Below, one piece after another: positions 46,378 through 55,634 of a stretch of 64,000 nt of DNA. Numbering within the stretch: the first letter of the stretch is position 1; each line of letters begins with the position of its first letter. The notes below the pieces were generated by a model. The model made no database searches. It was not told the DNA's origin and was given only the letters and a program-made list of their open reading frames with translations. The DNA lies in IMG/VR virus record IMGVR_UViG_3300032268_000658; one strand, written 5' to 3'. The stretch comes from a virus (Duplodnaviria; Heunggongvirae; Uroviricota; Caudoviricetes). Made by a program: the position numbers and the translations under genes.

Positions 46378-47127
46378 TTAACAATACGTTTCTGCCAACT
46401 CCCAAAGTGTAGTATTAACTTTGTTGATGTTGTAGAAATTTTTCAACTCTTTCATTGAAGTCGTTCTACCTTTTTTAGATTGATACTTCAATCCACCTCG
46501 AACAAACTTTTCTTGAATTACATTGAATACCTTCCAAACACTGTTGCCAATATCCCCGTCTCTTTCAGGACGTAAGAAGTCCTCCATTTTAATAACAGGG
46601 ATTGAACCTTTGTCCCAACGAATCATTGCTGACTTGTTGACGAAATCAACCAACTGAGCATCGCTCATAAAACTTGATTCCATTTTACCCACGGCTCTCT
46701 GTACAATCGGTAATCTCTCTGCGAATTGGTCTGTGATTTGTCTTACAGCTCCCATATCAATTTTCATGTGTTTCACGGCAATTGAATCGGAAACTGAGGT
46801 AGGTACAGTAAGTCCGTTAGAACATACCAAACGGTGAAGACCTGAGCTCACAGAGAATGAACTTAATCCATTGTGCGAGTTTCTAATTACCGCCTCGATT
46901 AATGAATCACCAACTTGTGGTAAGTCACCATTACGAAGACGCAACTCGTGCTGAGCAAATTGACCTTTACCAACTTGCGAGGCTGAATAAACTTTCCAAC
47001 CTTCTCTATCAAAGTTTTCAACAACTTCGATGGTAGGAACGAATGTGTACTTGTCCGACATTTTCGGAGATGGACTAGTTGCGAATACTGATGGAGCAAC
47101 TTCATGTAGGGTTTCGATTGACAACAT
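46378..47127 (-). CDS. DUF932 'phage/plasmid-like' protein
   Basis: ..EVAPSVFATSPSPKMSDKYTFVPTIEVVE..GW..SASQ....HELRLRNGD..VGD...E.VIRNSHNGLSSFSVSSGLHRLVCSNGL.. matches the DUF932 core. Confidence 0.55.
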   Translation of the reverse strand: MLSIETLHEVAPSVFATSPSPKMSDKYTFVPTIEVVENFDREGWKVYSASQVGKGQFAQHELRLRNGDLPQVGDSLIEAVIRNSHNGLSSFSVSSGLHRLVCSNGLTVPTSVSDSIAVKHMKIDMGAVRQITDQFAERLPIVQRAVGKMESSFMSDAQLVDFVNKSAMIRWDKGSIPVIKMEDFLRPERDGDIGNSVWKVFNVIQEKFVRGGLKYQSKKGRTTSMKELKNFYNINKVNTTLWELAETYC

Positions 47128-47180
47128 ATATCTGATTTGTTTAGATTACAAATATACGCCCAATAAAATTACCAGCCTAA

Positions 47181-47531
47181 TTAATTTAAAGAATATTTTC
47201 CAAATTGGGTTGAAATTATCAAGTGGTCTAATGAAAGTTCTTGATATTTGGGATGTTTTAAAATTTCATCAATCGTTAAAGATTTTGTAGGTTCTTTCTT
47301 TTCTTCTCTGACCTTCTTGGTCTTACCATGAATATTAGCACAAATCTCAATAATTTGTTCTCGAGTTAAATTAACTTCTTCTCCATTTTCGTAGTTTTGA
47401 AAAGCAACTTCACGTAGCTTAGAATAAAACTCTTCCTCCTTGGTCTTTGGAACCAAGTTAAGAAGGTCGTTCGGATTTTCTCTAAAGAATTTAACGATGT
47501 TATTCATGTATATCTCAACATCAACACTCAT
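47181..47531 (-). CDS. Hypothetical protein
   Basis: ORF. Confidence 0.45.
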   Translation of the reverse strand: MSVDVEIYMNNIVKFFRENPNDLLNLVPKTKEEEFYSKLREVAFQNYENGEEVNLTREQIIEICANIHGKTKKVREEKKEPTKSLTIDEILKHPKYQELSLDHLIISTQFGKYSLN

Positions 47532-47557
47532 AGTATAGTCAGTTAGTTGTTAAACAA

Positions 47558-48880
47558 TTAGTCTTGAAGGTCCCACATACCTCCGCCCATATCAGTTCCT
47601 TTAGCCTTAATCGCTTCAGGTACCTCAACATTGGTAGAACCTTTCAAGTTCAAGAAATATAAATTAGGTAAATCTGCAATACAATCAGGAATTGTTCTTA
47701 ATTCAGGGTTATTAATTAACGCTAAGAATCTCAATTTAGGTAATGTACAGATTGATTCAGGGATAGATGTAATACAGTTATCCAATAGAATCATATTCAA
47801 ATCTTTAAATCTTCCAATCTCTTCAGGGATAGTAATAATAACGTTTTTGTTATCATTACCTCTGTTTTGAATTTGGAATTCTTTTAGTGATTCAGGTAAA
47901 CTTCCAATTAAATCATCTAAACCATAAAGAGCGATGAACTTACCGATTGCTCCATGACTGAAACTATCAATAACCAATTTCTCTCCACCCACAGTAAGAC
48001 CTTTAGCAAACTCAGGTTTAAAGAATGATTTCAATTCTGCCATTGGTCCGTTAAGTAATTGAACCAAATCTTGTTGACGGTCATCCTTATCCATAAATTG
48101 GTTTGATGGGAAATGGAATTGATAACGAGTTTTAGGTAATCCTGTTGATGGAGCAAGGTCTGTATCGTTTGGATTGAATATCACATATAAAGGACCATCC
48201 TTAATATATCTATCAAACCATGAAGCACCAGGTGCAGATGTACACCATCTTGTTTCTTGGTTATTACCACCGTAGAAACAAGCCGCCTCTTTACCAACAA
48301 CTCCCTTATCTTTAATTTCAATTACTCTCCAATTATCACCGTCATACATTAATTTAGCACCAGGGTGAACCTCAGCAGATTTTCTTTCAGCTTTAGTTGT
48401 TGATGCCAATGTTAAATCAAAATCTTTAACCGCGTCATATAGTTGGTCAGGAGTAATCTTATTAATATCTCTTAATTCTTTAGGTAATCTACCTTTGAAT
48501 CTTTCAAACTTTTTAAGGTCATCAGTAACTTTATAAAGGTCTTCCATAAAAGTCGCTTTAACCTGCTTAACCTCTTTTTCATAACCATTATCACCATACT
48601 GTCTTTCAGTCTTCGGGTTTAAATAATTCTTAATTAACCATTGAACATACGCTCCCGCCTTTACCTTAGCTAATTGGTCAGAATTCGCCGTATCAATTTC
48701 AATATTATTCAATTTTGTTGTTGGGTCTGCCTTAACTAATTCAATAAATTCTTTCTTATCTAGCTTGGGTTTTACCTTAACACCATTCTTATCCTCACTT
48801 GGTTTTGTCAAAGCATTAAACAAAACTTCAAACCTTGATTGTTCTGCTATGATGTTTTTTAATAACGACGTAAATTTCAT
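47558..48880 (-). CDS. Leader-bearing protein with the conserved WCT-motif domain (paralog of the 38171..39931 gene) plus C-terminal leucine-rich repeats
   Basis: Leader MKFTSLLKNIIAEQSRF; LRRs IPESICTLPKLRFLALINNPELRTIPDCIADLPNLYFLNLKG. Confidence 0.6.
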   Translation of the reverse strand: MKFTSLLKNIIAEQSRFEVLFNALTKPSEDKNGVKVKPKLDKKEFIELVKADPTTKLNNIEIDTANSDQLAKVKAGAYVQWLIKNYLNPKTERQYGDNGYEKEVKQVKATFMEDLYKVTDDLKKFERFKGRLPKELRDINKITPDQLYDAVKDFDLTLASTTKAERKSAEVHPGAKLMYDGDNWRVIEIKDKGVVGKEAACFYGGNNQETRWCTSAPGASWFDRYIKDGPLYVIFNPNDTDLAPSTGLPKTRYQFHFPSNQFMDKDDRQQDLVQLLNGPMAELKSFFKPEFAKGLTVGGEKLVIDSFSHGAIGKFIALYGLDDLIGSLPESLKEFQIQNRGNDNKNVIITIPEEIGRFKDLNMILLDNCITSIPESICTLPKLRFLALINNPELRTIPDCIADLPNLYFLNLKGSTNVEVPEAIKAKGTDMGGGMWDLQD

Positions 48881-48924
48881 CTGATTTTTATTTATTAATA
48901 AATATGTTGGGAATGCAAAAATAA

Positions 48925-49767
48925 CTAATAATTCAATATAAGTAGCTCTTCACCCATATTTTGTTTTACACCTTTTTTTGCGGCAGCAGCTTTTGCGAAT
49001 TCCTTTTTCTCCCATCTGAACGTAGTTTCAGGGTACCATGTGTGTAATAAGTCAAAATCGTAATACGATAAACTAAATTTACCCTGTACGTTATTTAATA
49101 CGTTTGCAAGTCTTTCGTGGTCTTCTCTATCAAAATCATGATTATTATAATAGTTCTCCGTCTTCCAATATGGAGGGTCCAAATAGATATAAGTCGATGG
49201 TGAATCATACTTATCAATAACCGCTTGGAAGTCTAAATTCTCAACATGACTGATTCTTAAGAAATGTTCAACCCAATCAGGTTTACTTAACTTATCTCTA
49301 AAGGTTAGATATTTTGACTTGTATTTACCTTTTAAATCAATGAATGAACTTGTTTCAGGTTTAGACCCTGAAAATACTTGTGACAATACGTAAGCATATT
49401 TAGCGGCAATAACATAATCATAAGGTTGTACCCTGAAGTCTTGAGCAAAAATTTCAGCTTGGAACCTGATAAATTGTTCTTTATATATTGCAGGTGTTAC
49501 ACTAACCCCTTGTTGTTGACAAGGTATTGCATTGACCTCATCTAACAATTGAGACGGGTTCTGTAAACATTGGAACAAGTTATAGTTTAATGGATTAAAG
49601 TCGTTATAAACGACTCTCTTTAAGTTTGGGAACTGATTTAAGTTCGTATTGAAGAAGCACCAAAACATTCCTGAGAATGGTTCAACGTATGTCTCCATGT
49701 CGTTAGGGTAGAACGGTACAATCCATTTACCAATTTTAGATTTACCTCCGATGTATGATAATGCCAT
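48925..49767 (-). CDS. Dam-family (D12 class) N6-adenine DNA methyltransferase
   Basis: N-terminal SYIGGKSK...VEPFSG and C-terminal YLDPPYW. Confidence 0.75.
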   Translation of the reverse strand: MALSYIGGKSKIGKWIVPFYPNDMETYVEPFSGMFWCFFNTNLNQFPNLKRVVYNDFNPLNYNLFQCLQNPSQLLDEVNAIPCQQQGVSVTPAIYKEQFIRFQAEIFAQDFRVQPYDYVIAAKYAYVLSQVFSGSKPETSSFIDLKGKYKSKYLTFRDKLSKPDWVEHFLRISHVENLDFQAVIDKYDSPSTYIYLDPPYWKTENYYNNHDFDREDHERLANVLNNVQGKFSLSYYDFDLLHTWYPETTFRWEKKEFAKAAAAKKGVKQNMGEELLILNY

Positions 49768-49887
49768 AGATTTCTTTTTTACAATTATAATAAATAAAAT
49801 TCAAAAAAGCAAATGATTCTATTAAGTTTTATAAGATTGACTATACAATACTAATTTTGTATTATTTATTAACTTAACACAACTATT

Positions 49888-50031
49888 ATGTCAGAATGTA
49901 AAAAATGTAATCAAAAGCCAACATCTAAAGGCCAATACGCAACAATATTTTTTGGTGCTTATTTACTATTTGCAGCAATCTACGGCACAATCGCTTTAAT
50001 TCATGATTTGGTTGACACCTTTACTAAATAG
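49888..50031 (+). CDS. Candidate 47-aa membrane peptide MSECKKCNQK...(not in the ORF track)
   Basis: Preceded by TAATTTTG (-7 type) ~30 nt upstream; CxxC followed by one TM helix. Confidence 0.3.
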   Translation: MSECKKCNQKPTSKGQYATIFFGAYLLFAAIYGTIALIHDLVDTFTK

Positions 50032-50947
50032 GTCGTTCAAACTTAACGTTTAACTTAACATACATATCCCCGCCATTATATCCCTTACCTTTAAGTCTTA
50101 AAGGTCTTGAGGTGTCAAATAAACGTGGTGAACCCATACTTAAATCCCCATTTGGGTGTGGTATTAGGAACTTATCTTTTTGGACCTCTTCTAAATTAAG
50201 GTAAAGATTATATATTAAATCGTTATTCAATTTTTCAAACCCGTCTTTACTCACAACTTCAATTTGAATAACTAAATCCCCATAGTCTCCGTGTTTAAAA
50301 TCACCAGCATTTTCAAGTTTTAAATACTGTCCTGAATCAATACCAACAGGTAATTTTATTTTAACACTATTCGCCAAAGATTTGGTACCATTCCCTCCAC
50401 AGTTATAACACTTGTGTACCAAAGTGTATCCTTTACCACCACAGGTACTACAATTAGTTCTAATTTGTTGTACCATGAATCCAGTACCATATGTTTTTAC
50501 TTCAAACCCTTGTCCCTTACATGTCGTACATTGTTGTTGTTCCCCACCTGTTCCACTACAAATGTTACAATGGTTTTCCTTAATATAATGAATATCTTTT
50601 TCCACACCTAAGTATGATTCAATAGGAGTAATAACTACCTTCACTATTTTATCAGGGGCGTTTTTTCTTTTTTGTTGTCTGAACGGAGAACCTCCATTCC
50701 TAAACATCTGTGAGAACATATCTTCATAAGCTGTTCCTTCGAATGGATTTGATTTTGAACTATCGTATTTGGCTTTCTTTTCTGGATTACTTAGTACGTC
50801 ATATGCCTCAGCAATTCCCTTAAATTGTTCTGCTCCATCAGGATTTACATCGGGGTGATATTTCTTTGAAAGTGCTCTGTATGATTTTTTAATCTCATCT
50901 GCGGACGCTTTCTCTTCAACTTCTAAAATTTTATAGTAATCTTTCAT
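50024..50947 (-). CDS. dnaJ: DnaJ-like co-chaperone (J domain plus CxxCxGxG zinc finger)
   Basis: YYKILEV...YHPDVNP (HPD) and four CxxCxGxG repeats. Confidence 0.75.
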   Translation of the reverse strand: MKDYYKILEVEEKASADEIKKSYRALSKKYHPDVNPDGAEQFKGIAEAYDVLSNPEKKAKYDSSKSNPFEGTAYEDMFSQMFRNGGSPFRQQKRKNAPDKIVKVVITPIESYLGVEKDIHYIKENHCNICSGTGGEQQQCTTCKGQGFEVKTYGTGFMVQQIRTNCSTCGGKGYTLVHKCYNCGGNGTKSLANSVKIKLPVGIDSGQYLKLENAGDFKHGDYGDLVIQIEVVSKDGFEKLNNDLIYNLYLNLEEVQKDKFLIPHPNGDLSMGSPRLFDTSRPLRLKGKGYNGGDMYVKLNVKFERPI

Positions 50948-50949
50948 AT

Positions 50950-51594
50950 ATGGAGAACTACATCGTAGTCTTGTTCAAAAATAAGACAAAGAAAAAAATA
51001 ATAAAGAAGTTCATCACGTTCAATAAAGCCAAATTGTTTTATGATAAATTATTAACAGAATCTCAAGATGTAATTTTTGATGTTGAAGTTGAGGCGGCTA
51101 AAGAATGTAAATATGAGATTGGTCTTGTTGAGATGAGTGGTAAACAACTTGTTCCAGTTTATATGACTGATGAGTTCGGTAGGAATGTTAGAGTTAAGTT
51201 AAATGAAGATGGAATGACTTTATTCCAGATTGCTCCGTACAAAAAGGAAGAACTTATTTACGATATTAAAGAAAGTAAGAAAATAACCACTCAAGAACTT
51301 ATGAAAAAATATATGAAGGGTGATGGTATGAAAATGATATCCGTATTAAATAATAAGATTGTTATTCAACAAGAAGAAAAATTCTATCTATTCACACTCA
51401 AATCAGAAAAAGAATCTTCAAGGTTTGTTGATTGTCTTTCTTCACACTTCTTTAAAACAAAAAGAGGAGATTGTCTTTTTGTAAAAGATTACTCCTCAGC
51501 TCAACGAAAATATCTATATGGAATTTTGGAGGCAAATGGCTTTGATAAAAAAGTTTTGTATAGAAAATTTACTTCTCTGCCTCAGTCAAAATAA
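50950..51594 (+). CDS. Hypothetical protein
   Basis: ORF. Confidence 0.5.
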   Translation: MENYIVVLFKNKTKKKIIKKFITFNKAKLFYDKLLTESQDVIFDVEVEAAKECKYEIGLVEMSGKQLVPVYMTDEFGRNVRVKLNEDGMTLFQIAPYKKEELIYDIKESKKITTQELMKKYMKGDGMKMISVLNNKIVIQQEEKFYLFTLKSEKESSRFVDCLSSHFFKTKRGDCLFVKDYSSAQRKYLYGILEANGFDKKVLYRKFTSLPQSK

Positions 51595-51799
51595 AATGGA
51601 AATCGGTTCCTGAAATATCAATTGAAAATTGTTTGTGGTGTCTATCCACTTCTCTGAAGTGATTAATAACACTGGTATATTCACCTTTAGGTAATTCGAA
51701 TACAATGGTTGCCTTACCACTAAAAATTGTTTGAACTGATTCGGCAATCAATGCTAATTTTTCTAACTCCCCAAAAGTAGTATTTTTATTCTCTTCCAT
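51569..51799 (-). CDS. Hypothetical small protein
   Basis: ORF. Confidence 0.35.
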   Translation of the reverse strand: MEENKNTTFGELEKLALIAESVQTIFSGKATIVFELPKGEYTSVINHFREVDRHHKQFSIDISGTDFHFILTEAEK

Positions 51800-51957
51800 A
51801 AACTTATTTTTTTTGGTACAGGAAACATTTCTTCTTTTTTAATCTTTTTAATTTCCTTAATATAAGATTGTTTAATTTTCTCAACTTGCTGAGAGTCTTT
51901 TCTCTCCTCACTCTCCACCATCCTCATGGCTCTCTGTAACGGGTTCGTGTTGCTCAT
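51763..51957 (-). CDS. Hypothetical small protein
   Basis: ORF. Confidence 0.35.
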   Translation of the reverse strand: MSNTNPLQRAMRMVESEERKDSQQVEKIKQSYIKEIKKIKKEEMFPVPKKISLWKRIKILLLGS

Positions 51958-52369
51958 GTAGTTCTAAATTTGGTTCTTCTTCAATATCTAAAGTTGTGTC
52001 TCCCTCATCGAAGTCAAAATATAAATTTTGAAGTTTATCTAAATCAGTTTTTTCAAATGTTTGTTTTAGTTGCTCAACTGTTTGCTTAAATAATTTTTCT
52101 TTAAATTCTTTTTCTTTATTTAATTTAATAATCTTGGCAATTTTAATTAAAGTATTTGAAATCTCTTTATCAGCAATTGGAGCAACAAATGAAATCCCTT
52201 TAAAATTTTGGTCTTCGGCCTCAAATCCGACTATTTGACCCTCCTCAATTAAACTCTTAGGTATTGCCCATTTTGTTGGAAAAACCATATCAAAACTCAA
52301 ATAAGTTTTTAGTTTTCTTATTGAGTGGATGTATTCTACGAACGGTGCTAATTCTTTATAAAAACTCAT
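51908..52369 (-). CDS. Hypothetical acidic protein
   Basis: ORF. Confidence 0.45.
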   Translation of the reverse strand: MSFYKELAPFVEYIHSIRKLKTYLSFDMVFPTKWAIPKSLIEEGQIVGFEAEDQNFKGISFVAPIADKEISNTLIKIAKIIKLNKEKEFKEKLFKQTVEQLKQTFEKTDLDKLQNLYFDFDEGDTTLDIEEEPNLELHEQHEPVTESHEDGGE

Positions 52370-52554
52370 TTTGTATATAGATATGTGATTATGTAACTTA
52401 TTGATAGTCCGAGGAAAATAAGCTCCCTGTTACTATAGACCAAAGGTTTTGGTTCTTTTTGTAACAGGGCACCTATAAACTTTGTGACATTTTTCAATGA
52501 CACTAATATTGTGAAAACAAATATAAAAAAATATATTGTATCAATATTATGCAT
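52366..52554 (-). CDS. Small membrane protein
   Basis: Two hydrophobic helices. Confidence 0.35.
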   Translation of the reverse strand: MHNIDTIYFFIFVFTILVSLKNVTKFIGALLQKEPKPLVYSNRELIFLGLSISYIITYLYTK

Positions 52555-52729
52555 TCTTTTCTGTCTTGTTGTGCTCTAAAACTTCGCCTCTTAATTGTTG
52601 AAGTAATGCTTTCAACTCTTGTGCAGATTTTCTAGCTCTGGTACCAGCACTTTTGTTTCCGTTAAAGAATTTTGTTGTGTCCACTGAAAGTAATTCAGTT
52701 AATACTTTAATTTGTTCTAATGTTTCCAT
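52547..52729 (-). CDS. Histone H1-like (Hc1-family) DNA-binding protein
   Basis: ..KFFNGNKSAGTRARKSAQELKALL.. resembles the Bacteroidetes Hc1/histone H1-like core GNKAAGTRARK. Confidence 0.5.
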   Translation of the reverse strand: METLEQIKVLTELLSVDTTKFFNGNKSAGTRARKSAQELKALLQQLRGEVLEHNKTEKNA

Positions 52730-52810
52730 TGTTAAATTATAATTTAGTTTATTGTTTATTTTAGAATATTAACTTTTATCCCTCTGGTGTAAATAGAATA
52801 AGGGTTTTTT

Positions 52811-53284
52811 TTAAACTATACTCTTTTCTAATAACTTATAAAGTTCGGTTAATATATCTAAATCTGATTTGCTGAATGGTTTATTTAAATCAAAAACTTC
52901 ACCTAAGAATTTTGGAATAGAATCTTTAATATTTTTATCGGGATGGTTATAAAACGTATCCATAAAAAATGATTTAAAATATTCTTTATGGTCTCCATAT
53001 TCCTTAATCTTAATGTTTTCTTTTCGGAAGTCTTCTACAACTTTATTCCAACACCACACAAAATGTAATTCTTTATCTTCTTGAGTTAAAGATATTTTAG
53101 TCTCGGTATTTTCATCAGTATTACCCATATACGTATCAATAATAATATGGTTCAAAGATTTGAATATGTCACCATACAATTCAATTTTTTCATAATTCAT
53201 ATTATGAATATTAAGCCAAATTATTAATTCGTCTTCAGGTATTGGTTTGGATATCCAATTAAAAAAATTCTCCATAGAGTTCAT
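52811..53284 (-). CDS. Hypothetical protein
   Basis: ORF. Confidence 0.5.
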   Translation of the reverse strand: MNSMENFFNWISKPIPEDELIIWLNIHNMNYEKIELYGDIFKSLNHIIIDTYMGNTDENTETKISLTQEDKELHFVWCWNKVVEDFRKENIKIKEYGDHKEYFKSFFMDTFYNHPDKNIKDSIPKFLGEVFDLNKPFSKSDLDILTELYKLLEKSIV

Positions 53285-53323
53285 CTATGGAGAATATAAT
53301 AAAATGATATTAAATGTGAATTT

Positions 53324-54859
53324 TTATTGAGTTTTTCTGTCGTAAGAAATTAAATTTTTCATCTTATTCATCTCTTCAGATACGATTTTTACTTTCTTAT
53401 CTTCCGTAGATTCTAATGTGTTAAGTATTTTAGTTGCCTTATTAATTGAACTTGATTTGTCAGCTCCTTGTTTAGACTTTAAAGAACCTTTCGATTTACC
53501 TTGACCTTCAACCTCAACAGGTTGTGGTTGTCTCTTATAAGACGCTTTCATTTGTTCAGCACCATATAAATTTTCATCGTAATTCTTTTTAAATCTTTCT
53601 CCAACTTCACCACTTCTTTTTGATACATTACCTAAAGCTTTACCATCTTTACCCGTAACTGCATTTCCCGTAGTCGCGTCACCTTTTAATTGTTTCTCAA
53701 TTCTCTTATCGTCAGGTTTGATTTCATCATAAACTAAGTTTGTCATACCAGGGTAAGCAAACGCCTCGATGTATTCTTCAACTGCGTCAGATGGATGATA
53801 TTTCATTTCTTTGTGTTCTTTTTCCATGTCGTAATTACTTTGAGGGAAATCGTCAGGGTTTTCATCGTATCCTTTACCACCCATGAACATATCTTTCATG
53901 TAATCTTTCATTTTTGTAACTACTTCTTTTGCATAATCATCATTCTCTTTCTTGTCTAATTCTAAAACCTTATTAGTCTTTTTAAGACCTTCAGCCTCTT
54001 TCTTTGCAATGTTTGAAGTTTCTGCTTTGTCTTTAACTTTTTGTTCAAGTACAATTTGTTCAATCATATCGATTAATTCGTCTTCTGTTAATCTTAATGA
54101 ATTCTTATTTTCTTTAACTTGATATTTTTTACCATCAACTTCGAAAGAATCTTTACCATCCTTTTTAGCGTCAGCTAAAGCCCCTGAGAAAGCATTTCCT
54201 TCTTCAGTTTCTTGCTCACCCATATCCCTTGGAGTTCTAACTCTGAATGGTTTACCACCAAATTTATCTTGATATTGTTTAAAGAATCTTTCTCCACCTT
54301 TTGGTGCAAACCATGATTGGTTTTTACCATGTTTTGACATCAATGATTCAAAATCAGGAAATTCTTCTTCATCATAATCTGAAATAGCATCAGGATGACT
54401 TTGTCTGTCAATGTCATCATACCATCCGTGTTCATCATCAAATGAACCCATCATTTTTGGTTTACGACTAACGTCCCAACTATTCTTACCTAAACCTTTA
54501 CCAACGTAAGTTGGTTCTTGAGCAGATAATTCTTCGGCCTCTTCTTCCTCTTCCTCGTCACCCTCATAATCACCAGGAGTTGATTCACCTTCTTCGTCAT
54601 CAAAGAAAAACCATTCTTCAACTTCTTCTTTATGTTTTTTAGCATCTCTTAATTTCTTAAAATCTGCTGAAGTGATTTTACCTTTTGGCTCGGCAACGTC
54701 AATCTTCTTTTGACCCCCTTTAAGTTCTTCATCCATTTCAACTTCAGTCCATTCACCTTCATTGATTTTTTTTGATAGTTCTTTAACTTTCCCCTCAATC
54801 TCTTCGTTCAAGATTCTTGAGACAAGTTTATCAATATTTTTGTTAAAATTATTCATCAT
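53324..54859 (-). CDS. Highly acidic protein (scaffold-like?) with an internal copy of the leader motif
   Basis: EEEEEEAEEL run; internal ..LRLTEDELIDMIEQIVLEQK.. nearly matches the N-terminal leader of the 33329..33655, 2109..2771 and 4214..5050 genes. Confidence 0.55.
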   Translation of the reverse strand: MMNNFNKNIDKLVSRILNEEIEGKVKELSKKINEGEWTEVEMDEELKGGQKKIDVAEPKGKITSADFKKLRDAKKHKEEVEEWFFFDDEEGESTPGDYEGDEEEEEEAEELSAQEPTYVGKGLGKNSWDVSRKPKMMGSFDDEHGWYDDIDRQSHPDAISDYDEEEFPDFESLMSKHGKNQSWFAPKGGERFFKQYQDKFGGKPFRVRTPRDMGEQETEEGNAFSGALADAKKDGKDSFEVDGKKYQVKENKNSLRLTEDELIDMIEQIVLEQKVKDKAETSNIAKKEAEGLKKTNKVLELDKKENDDYAKEVVTKMKDYMKDMFMGGKGYDENPDDFPQSNYDMEKEHKEMKYHPSDAVEEYIEAFAYPGMTNLVYDEIKPDDKRIEKQLKGDATTGNAVTGKDGKALGNVSKRSGEVGERFKKNYDENLYGAEQMKASYKRQPQPVEVEGQGKSKGSLKSKQGADKSSSINKATKILNTLESTEDKKVKIVSEEMNKMKNLISYDRKTQ

Positions 54860-54882
54860 TAATTGTTTTCTTATAAATATCT

Positions 54883-55632
54883 TTATTTCTGTCTTTTGTT
54901 TATTTTTTCGTATTCGTGTTCCAAAATAGTCTTAATGACATTTTCGCTAACTCCTGTTTTCCTTGAGACATTCTTAATCGCCTCTTTAACTGATTCGTTT
55001 TTACTAATCTTTATGTTATTAATATCCCCCTGATTACAGTATGGGAACTTAGTACATTTCTTTTTAATTTTAACAAACCCTCCGCCAGGTATTTGAGTCT
55101 TTCTACTTGGTCCCCAATCTTTCTTTTTGGTTGACTTGGCCCACATTGAAGGTGATTCATAACCACCAACTGAACCAGATGTTGTTGCTTCTTTAGTCTC
55201 AACTTTCTCAACTTGTTCTTTTATCTTAGGGTTCTCACTTCTACTTCTTTCCCAAAACGCATCGTCTCCACCAAATACTGGTCCTGAATATGCTCCTGAT
55301 GAACCTGAACCTGTCGCTTCTTTTGTTTCTTTCTTCTTACGTCCTTGGCAATGAGCTTTCTGACTGAACCCTTTTGGGTTAGAACAGTTTATAGATTTTT
55401 TATATTTTTCACTCCATTTTTCAGTAACCTCGTCTTGTTCTTTAGTTTCTTTTTTCTTAGCGTGAAGAAATTTATTAATACTTCTTTTAATCATTGGTGT
55501 GTCCTCAGTTTTATCTTCTTTCATACCTTGTGAATATCCTGCATGGTCTGTCATGGTACTTGGATTAAGTTTAATTCCACTAAATGCTTTATCTAAACTG
55601 TCTTTGAATACTTTTTGTGATGTTTTTGGCAT
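54883..55632 (-). CDS. Hypothetical basic protein
   Basis: K-rich, 249 aa. Confidence 0.5.
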   Translation of the reverse strand: MPKTSQKVFKDSLDKAFSGIKLNPSTMTDHAGYSQGMKEDKTEDTPMIKRSINKFLHAKKKETKEQDEVTEKWSEKYKKSINCSNPKGFSQKAHCQGRKKKETKEATGSGSSGAYSGPVFGGDDAFWERSRSENPKIKEQVEKVETKEATTSGSVGGYESPSMWAKSTKKKDWGPSRKTQIPGGGFVKIKKKCTKFPYCNQGDINNIKISKNESVKEAIKNVSRKTGVSENVIKTILEHEYEKINKRQK

Positions 55633-55634
55633 AA

